A DNA stretch of 64,000 bases from Candidatus Woesearchaeota archaeon. Lineage in GTDB: Archaea > Nanobdellota > Nanobdellia > Woesearchaeales > GW2011-AR4. Below the pieces are notes generated by a model. It searched no databases. It saw nothing but the letters and a program-made list of their open reading frames with translations, and was not told where the DNA came from. Below are positions 57,963-64,000 of this stretch, in pieces. Every line of letters starts with the position of its first letter. Position 1 is the stretch's first letter. The DNA lies in the NCBI GenBank assembly GCA_016180235.1, contig JACPBQ010000002.1, positions 2,206 through 66,205 of the forward strand, read 5' to 3'. The translations under genes and the position numbers were made by a program.

Positions 57963-59621
57963 TTATATTTTCCCAGTTATGTCTTCAGGCTTCTCAACAG
58001 GCTCTATTTTCTCCTCCGAATCCTCTTTCTTTCTTTTCAAGACTCTCAGGAATACAAAGCCAACAATTAGAGAAAGAATGACCGCAACTATGGCATAAGC
58101 CATTATCGGCTTCTTTTTCTCGTCTTGCAGAATTGTTACCGGAATTTCCCGGGTTTTTTGCTCCTGTTCTTTTTCTTCTTCCTTCGGTGTGCCAGCAGTT
58201 TCTCCTGAGGTCAACGACACGTTTTCCGCTTTTTTCTCCTCAGTTAGGCTCTTTTTTTCTTCTGTTTCATCCGCACCAGCTACCTTAATGGGTATGCTTT
58301 CTTTTTGGGTAAAAACCTCCTGATATGATGATTGATAATTAGCGGTTATGTTAAAATAATATGCCCCAAAATCAGGCGCAATTACAGAAGAGCTAAAAAC
58401 TCTTATCCTTTCCCCAGGCCTGATGCTGCTGTACGTAGAAGAATGCGGCTCTATTCCCGGGACATCAGCAGCGTAGCTTATTCTGACATTCCTGAATTCA
58501 TTTGGCCCTGGATTAACAAGGTCTGCTATAAGAACTGCCCTTTGCCCCGCAACCACTATATTCTGCGAAAAATCATGCTCAATATGCAGGCAGGTGCAAT
58601 TGACATTTATTGTTTGGCTTTTATGGACTTCCCTCAAAAACTTGCTTATCTTATAGCTGCCGTCTGCATAAAGCTCATATTTCCCCGTGATTAATCCCTT
58701 CAGCTCAAAATCAAGGCTCTTTTTTTCTTTTGGGGTTAATGTCCCGCTCCAGCTCAGCAGCCTGCTGTTCCCTGCAGCTTCTTTTGGCTTTTTAATGACC
58801 AGTATTTTTTCCGGCACTTTTATGCTCAATGCAGTCACGCTAAGCTCATGCTCGTCATTTATATTTTCCAGTATTATGCTCATGTTGAAATTCTCCCCGA
58901 TATCAAATCTGCTTTTGTTTGTGCTATAGCTTATTGCCAGGGAATAATTGTAGACTTTTCCTTCAATGGCGCCTGAAACCGCGGTTTTTGTCTCGACTCC
59001 GTCAAAATAGCTCACATTCGCCACAAGCTCATAATTCCCGGGAGAAATACTTTTGGCTTTGTATGTGCACGTCCTTGTCTGCCTTGGAGAAACATCATGG
59101 TCGAACAAAATGACTCCTCCAATCTGCTTGCATCCTTCTATTTCTGTAAAGAGCAGATTTGGGGGTATAGGCATGGTTGCCGTGACATTCTGCACGGGAA
59201 CGTCCGCAGTATTCTCAAAAGACAGCACTCCTGTAACTTCTTCGTCTATCAGGATATTTTCCTTTTCTATGGTATGCGCTATATCCAGCTTTGATTTTAT
59301 CTGGTAAACTTCGACCTCAGCCTTGTAGACATCATACCAGGGGTCATAATTCCTGTAGGAAAAAGATACATTATTGACGCATATGTCAAATCTGTCCTTT
59401 ATCTTGCATTCCCCGCTTTCCACTATAACTCCTGAAATGTCAATCTCTATGTATACCTTGCTGCTCTGGGGATCTATCTTGAACGCAAACTCTTTTCCGG
59501 ATATGTTTACAGCGTCTCCATCTTCAACAGTATCAGAAAACAGGATCTCTTCATAGATTGAAAATGCATTCGGTGCTATAATAAGCATGCTGAATAAAAA
59601 AATTATCCCTCTTTTTCCCAT
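57963..59621 (-). CDS. Large secreted, C-terminally anchored surface protein
   Basis: Signal peptide, Ig-like repeats, TM plus charged tail. Confidence 0.72.
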   Translation of the reverse strand: MGKRGIIFLFSMLIIAPNAFSIYEEILFSDTVEDGDAVNISGKEFAFKIDPQSSKVYIEIDISGVIVESGECKIKDRFDICVNNVSFSYRNYDPWYDVYKAEVEVYQIKSKLDIAHTIEKENILIDEEVTGVLSFENTADVPVQNVTATMPIPPNLLFTEIEGCKQIGGVILFDHDVSPRQTRTCTYKAKSISPGNYELVANVSYFDGVETKTAVSGAIEGKVYNYSLAISYSTNKSRFDIGENFNMSIILENINDEHELSVTALSIKVPEKILVIKKPKEAAGNSRLLSWSGTLTPKEKKSLDFELKGLITGKYELYADGSYKISKFLREVHKSQTINVNCTCLHIEHDFSQNIVVAGQRAVLIADLVNPGPNEFRNVRISYAADVPGIEPHSSTYSSIRPGERIRVFSSSVIAPDFGAYYFNITANYQSSYQEVFTQKESIPIKVAGADETEEKKSLTEEKKAENVSLTSGETAGTPKEEEKEQEQKTREIPVTILQDEKKKPIMAYAIVAVILSLIVGFVFLRVLKRKKEDSEEKIEPVEKPEDITGKI

Positions 59622-59654
59622 TGGAATGAAAATTGTGCTTTAATTATAAAAAAG

Positions 59655-61142
59655 TTACTTTATTACGACAACGCCTGGGGATTTTTCCAGCTCTTCTCTG
59701 GCAAATTTTAGTTTGAGCTTATTTTCTGAATAGATTGTAAAGATTTTTTCTCCTTTTGTTGTTTTATCGTTGATATGCTTATGCAGATATATGCCCGCAC
59801 CATTGTCGGCTGGGGCTCCTGCGACCCTTGCTAATCTTGCTATAATTTTGTTGTCTATTTTTTTGACAATTCCTTTCTTTGCTGACTTGACATCAAACTT
59901 GAATCTTCCTATTTTTATATCCTCAGGGTCAAAAATTTTGCCATCCTGGGCTTTTATTATCTCTTTCATTTTTTTATAGGCCTTCCCTGAATCTAAAATT
60001 TCCTCTGCCTTGCCTTTGCTGTCTTTGATTCCAGCCATTTTAAAGAGTTCGCCAGCCATTGCTATGCATTTTTTTTCCAGGTCAGGGGGCCTTCTCTTGT
60101 CTCTCCTCAAAATCCACAGGACATCCCTTGCCTCCAATGCAGGCCCTATGCCGTTTCCTATAGGCTGCTTTCCGTCAGTGATAATGACGCTGACATGCTT
60201 CCTCAGCCTTTTCCCCACTTCATCAAACAATTTTTTTAGCTTTAAAGCCTCCTGTCTGTTTTTGACTTTGCTGCCATTGCCTATCGGTATGTCTATCAGA
60301 ATGTGAGTGCTTGACACGGAATATTTCTTGGCCATTATCGAAGCAAGCAGCTGGCTTTCCGCGTCAATCCCCAGAGTTTTCTCAACGCCTATTATCTTGT
60401 CATCTGCAGGAGCAAGGTTCAAAGAGCCGCCCCAGACAATGCATGCATTTGTTTTTGCGATGATTTCTTTCATCCTGCTGATAGGGAAGGAGACTTTTGC
60501 AAGAACCTCCATGGCATCGGCAGTTCCTGCAGGGCTTGTTATGGACCTGCTTGATGTCTTTGGCATTGTAAGGCCTGCTGCCGCAATTATAGGCACTAAA
60601 ACCATCGTGGTCCTGTTACCGGGAATTCCGCCAATGGAATGCTTGTCAATCACCGGATATTTGTCGAGCTTCAGTTTGTCCCCGTGGTTGACCATAGCTT
60701 TTGTAAGCATTATTGTCTCGTTTATTGACATGAGGTTTGTATAGCACGCAGCAACAAAGAAAGTAAGCTCTGAGTCGCTGAGCTTGTTATGCACAATATC
60801 CCACACAATCTGGTCTATCTCCTTCCTGTTCAATGTTTTGCCATCGAGCTTTTTTCTTATAAAATCTATTGAAAGGGGCTTTCTGGCAAGCGCTATGCTG
60901 ACTTTATCATTCTTTTTTAAGTTTAAAGAATCTATGACTTCCTCATATACCCCTATTCTTCCTTCCGGGACTACTTTGCTGCTTTCGGCTATATTCGCGA
61001 CTACGGTCTCAACTCTTTTTCCCTTGTTTATCTTTATCCTGTCAAGATGGTGTATATCGAACTTGATAGCGTCTTTAATGTTAAGCACAGCTACTAAAGG
61101 CCCGCCGGTTGCAATGTCCATGTCTTTTATTTTCAATTTCAT
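59655..61142 (-). CDS. deoA: AMP phosphorylase (thymidine phosphorylase family)
   Basis: N-terminal extension typical of AMPpase; DKHSIGGIPGN, KTSSRSITSPAGTAD, GIGPALEA, AGAP.D.GAG. Confidence 0.92.
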   Translation of the reverse strand: MKLKIKDMDIATGGPLVAVLNIKDAIKFDIHHLDRIKINKGKRVETVVANIAESSKVVPEGRIGVYEEVIDSLNLKKNDKVSIALARKPLSIDFIRKKLDGKTLNRKEIDQIVWDIVHNKLSDSELTFFVAACYTNLMSINETIMLTKAMVNHGDKLKLDKYPVIDKHSIGGIPGNRTTMVLVPIIAAAGLTMPKTSSRSITSPAGTADAMEVLAKVSFPISRMKEIIAKTNACIVWGGSLNLAPADDKIIGVEKTLGIDAESQLLASIMAKKYSVSSTHILIDIPIGNGSKVKNRQEALKLKKLFDEVGKRLRKHVSVIITDGKQPIGNGIGPALEARDVLWILRRDKRRPPDLEKKCIAMAGELFKMAGIKDSKGKAEEILDSGKAYKKMKEIIKAQDGKIFDPEDIKIGRFKFDVKSAKKGIVKKIDNKIIARLARVAGAPADNGAGIYLHKHINDKTTKGEKIFTIYSENKLKLKFAREELEKSPGVVVIK

Positions 61143-61147
61143 TTACT

Positions 61148-61283
61148 TCACCTGAAAATAAAAGGCTTGAAAAATTTCAATTTTTCATTGTCTTTGATTT
61201 TGAGTTTCATTTTTTAAATAAAATTTCAAAATTTAAGGCTTGAAAAACCTTTGTTTTTCACTGTCTTTGACTTTTAATTTCAT
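61148..61283 (-). repeat. Two 49-bp tandem units copying the AMP phosphorylase 5' end
   Basis: 61162-61210 and 61235-61283 are 40/49 identical; they encode MKLKIKD... and MKLKVKD... versus the gene's MKLKIKD. Confidence 0.8.
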
Positions 61284-61297
61284 TTTCCTGCAGAACT

Positions 61298-62383
61298 CTA
61301 TTCTTTTTCCTCTTCATATATGTTCACGAACGCCACAAGCAAGGCCAGCAATATAGGCCCTATCATCACTCCTATAAATCCAAGCAGTTGCAATCCGCCA
61401 ACAACTCCCAGCAGGACAAGGACAGGGTGCAAGCCTGACTTGTCACCTATTATCTTTGGCTTCAGGATATTGTCTATTGTGCCGACAACAAAAATCCCGT
61501 AAATTATGAGAAGAACTCCCTTTATAATGAAAGTTGGGTCATCAGCGGTATAGCCATTTAATATTAGGGATAATGCTGCAGGAAGCCATATTATAGTCGA
61601 GCCCACATAAGGTATAAAAGAGGCAAATATCATGACCAGGCCCCACAGCAAAGGCGTGGGCAATCCAAATATGAAAAATCCTATGCCTCCCAAAGTTCCT
61701 TGTATTATTGCTATGATTATGCTTCCGTAAATCACCGCATATGTCATGTCGCCGAGCTTATTAATCACCCTCTTCCTGTATTTCTCCTTCAAAGGCAAAA
61801 GCCTTTCAACTTTGTTTATCAGAAGATGGCCATCCCTGAAAAGGAAAAACATAATGAATAATGTGATAAACATATGCAATACAAAGACAGGTATGGATAC
61901 CAGTATATCGGATATTTTTCCTGTAATCCTTGTAGTGGCTTCTTTTATAGTGGTATCAAGATAATATTTTAGCTGGGGATCACTTGCTTTTTCAGCAAAA
62001 TAATGCATCAATTTGCATGCTGATTTATCTGCAGGCTGGCATTCTGATGAAAGAAGCTGCACATTTGATGATTTCTGCTTTGAAAGGATGTATGTGGCAT
62101 ATGCCTCTTTTGATACTGTGTTCAGGACAAAAAACAAAGGTATGGTTATCACCAAGATGACAAGAAGTGACGCGATAAAGGCAGATGCATTTTTATTCGG
62201 GATTCTTTTGAGGATTTTTCCATATATCGGGTAGAATATATACGAAAAGACTATCCCCGTAAGCAAAGCAGTAAGGAACGGCTTTATTATAAGGAAGGAT
62301 ATGGCAATCAGGGTAAGAAAAATAATGGCAAAAAACGCTTTTTGGTAAAGTTTTGATTCCATTTTGTTGTTATTGTTGCTCAT
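61298..62383 (-). CDS. AI-2E family transporter
   Basis: Multiple TM; IPYVG, DNILKPKIIG, LHP, GFIGVMIGP. Confidence 0.9.
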   Translation of the reverse strand: MSNNNNKMESKLYQKAFFAIIFLTLIAISFLIIKPFLTALLTGIVFSYIFYPIYGKILKRIPNKNASAFIASLLVILVITIPLFFVLNTVSKEAYATYILSKQKSSNVQLLSSECQPADKSACKLMHYFAEKASDPQLKYYLDTTIKEATTRITGKISDILVSIPVFVLHMFITLFIMFFLFRDGHLLINKVERLLPLKEKYRKRVINKLGDMTYAVIYGSIIIAIIQGTLGGIGFFIFGLPTPLLWGLVMIFASFIPYVGSTIIWLPAALSLILNGYTADDPTFIIKGVLLIIYGIFVVGTIDNILKPKIIGDKSGLHPVLVLLGVVGGLQLLGFIGVMIGPILLALLVAFVNIYEEEKE

Positions 62384-62468
62384 AGAGATGATTACATGCT
62401 ATTTTTTATAGTTATATAAATATTATGGTTTTGTGATTAAAGAAAAATTTAGGATGGAAAAAATTAAA

Positions 62469-62664
62469 TGGGCCCGAAGGGACTTTCACCAACTGCGAAC
62501 ATAGAGGGGCTGAGCGAGCGTTGCGAGCAGCGAAATGGTGAGCGAGTTTCTTGCGAACCTCGCATCTCACTGCCGCTCGAACGTGCCAGCTGAGTTCTCA
62601 GCTGTGTTGAACCCTTGACCTCCGCCGTGTCGAGGCGACGTCATAGCCACTAGACCACGGGCCC
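62469..62664 (-). tRNA. tRNA-Val(GAC) with a 123-nt intron at 59/60
   Basis: GGGCCCG/CGGGCCC acceptor stem, TCGCC-TCGACAC-GGCGG anticodon arm, AAGGG/CCCTT T stem. Intron at 62483-62605 with TTCA/TGAA BHB central helix. Confidence 0.9.
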
Positions 62665-62712
62665 TTAGAAAAAGAAAAATAAGGCGGTTTATATAAAAAT
62701 ATTGTTATCTGG

Positions 62713-63192
62713 CTAAGCCAAAGATCTCCTTAACGACTGGCCCAGGGGGCTGAAAAAGAAGAGGAAAAATGCTGTGACAAGGCCGAATACGGTCAAAATC
62801 ACTTCCTGCATCACCTGATGGAACCTGGTAAGGTCTCTTGTCGCATCCACGATGTCGGTTTCTGTTATTATCCCAAAAAGCTTGCCGTTTTCAATAACAG
62901 GGAACAGCTTTATTTTCTCTTCCCTGAGTTTTTTTATTATAAAAGCGTAACTTGTGTCTGGATTTATGATGAAAAAATTCTTGCTCATAACATCCTTCAC
63001 TTTGCCTGCTTTTTTGCCGGCAAAGCCCTTGATTATGCTATTTTCGGTTAATATGGCTACTGGCTTGCTGTCCCTTGTCACCATTAGCGTGCTTACATGC
63101 CTGTTCAGCATCAATTTTGCGGCTTCATTGAGGCTTGCAGTTTCTTTGACTGTTACAACGTTTTCCGTCATTATTGTTTTTGCTCTTATCAT
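62713..63192 (-). CDS. CBS-pair protein with C-terminal TM helix
   Basis: Two CBS repeats (ILTEN, GIITETD) plus hydrophobic tail. Confidence 0.82.
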   Translation of the reverse strand: MIRAKTIMTENVVTVKETASLNEAAKLMLNRHVSTLMVTRDSKPVAILTENSIIKGFAGKKAGKVKDVMSKNFFIINPDTSYAFIIKKLREEKIKLFPVIENGKLFGIITETDIVDATRDLTRFHQVMQEVILTVFGLVTAFFLFFFSPLGQSLRRSLA

Positions 63193-63196
63193 TCTT

Positions 63197-63685
63197 TTAC
63201 CTCAAAAACGGGAAGTAATCTATCAGATATCTGTATAATATGAAAACAAAGAACTCGAACAATACAAACAGGACAAGCACAGCATTCTGCAGGTTCCTGT
63301 GGAATCTTATGTTGTCATTCATAGCCTGGACGACCTCATTCTCGCTGATTAAACCGGCAAGATTGCCTTCATTATCCACAACTGGATACCTCCTGAAACC
63401 TTTCGTATCAATTATCTTGTTTGCATTCTCCAGCTTTGAATCCTTGGGTATTGATATTACAGAAGAGCTCATAACTTTTGTAACTTTGGTGTTTGCGCTT
63501 ATTTTTTTTGATGCCATGCTTCTGACCAGGTCTGACTCTGTTATTATGCCTATGGGCTTTTTGTTCTCTGTCACTATGACGCAGCCGTGCGGCTTGTTTG
63601 CCATCAGCTTGGCAGCTTCAGAAATCGTTGCCTCTTTTTTTACTGTAAGCAGATTGGCATTCATTATTTTGCTTATCCTTGCCAT
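63197..63685 (-). CDS. CBS-pair protein with C-terminal TM helix (paralog)
   Basis: PIGIITESD, YPVVD..G.LAGLISE plus hydrophobic tail; start moved to ATG 63685. Confidence 0.82.
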   Translation of the reverse strand: MARISKIMNANLLTVKKEATISEAAKLMANKPHGCVIVTENKKPIGIITESDLVRSMASKKISANTKVTKVMSSSVISIPKDSKLENANKIIDTKGFRRYPVVDNEGNLAGLISENEVVQAMNDNIRFHRNLQNAVLVLFVLFEFFVFILYRYLIDYFPFLR

Positions 63686-63767
63686 GCTGGAATTACTGGA
63701 ATGACTGTTTAAAAAGTTTTCTATCGGCTGCAAAATCAGCCGGCACTTTGTGAGACATTCGCTTCGC

Positions 63768-64000
63768 TCAGTCTCCCTGATCAAAACTGCAATAAGCGAT
63801 GGTCGAAGGCGCTCTTCTTCCAACACTGGGGCCGTCAGTAACTCTGAATCCGGCATCAGTCAGGTTTTTCCTTACAATGCTAGCGCAGGAATAAGTTGAG
63901 AGTATCGAATCCTTTTTCATAAGTTTCCTAATGTCAGAAAAAAATTCCTTTGTCCACAATTCCCGGCATTTCTTAGGGGAAAAAGGGTCAAGGAAAACAG
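63768..64000 (-). CDS. MnmC-like (MnmD) methyltransferase, 3' part
   Basis: FLDPFSPKKCRELWTKEFF...LSTYSCASIVRKNL..AGF. Confidence 0.75.
   Translation of the reverse strand, partial: VFLDPFSPKKCRELWTKEFFSDIRKLMKKDSILSTYSCASIVRKNLTDAGFRVTDGPSVGRRAPSTIAYCSFDQGD

Overview
A 64 kb chromosomal window from a small-genome archaeon, most likely DPANN/Woesearchaeota-like (inferred from TFB, aIF2-gamma, S6e, RFC-L, PolB, an archaeal S-layer protein, AMP phosphorylase and BHB-type tRNA introns). Most of it is housekeeping: four aminoacyl-tRNA synthetases, a type IV pilus-like ATPase/membrane-platform pair, a pyrB-I-D-K-C-E-F operon, transporters and small regulators. The standout is the tRNA set. All four tRNA genes found are split at non-canonical positions. 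One, tRNA-Phe(GAA) at 6449-6661, has FIVE bulge-helix-bulge (BHB) introns (3/4, 18/19, 25/26, 46/47, 59/60) making up about 65% of the gene. All four tRNAs have an intron at 59/60, and three of these share a homologous sequence. Two introns are long (97 and 123 nt) and highly structured. Also seen: a ~5.4 kb S-layer-carrying segment bounded by a duplication of the tRNA-Ser 3' end; several small palindromic intergenic element families with compensatory stem changes; a 69-bp inverted repeat around part of the pilus locus; and tandem mini-copies of the AMP phosphorylase start. No CRISPR array, rRNA, integrase or transposase was recognised. All calls were made by eye; no searches were run.
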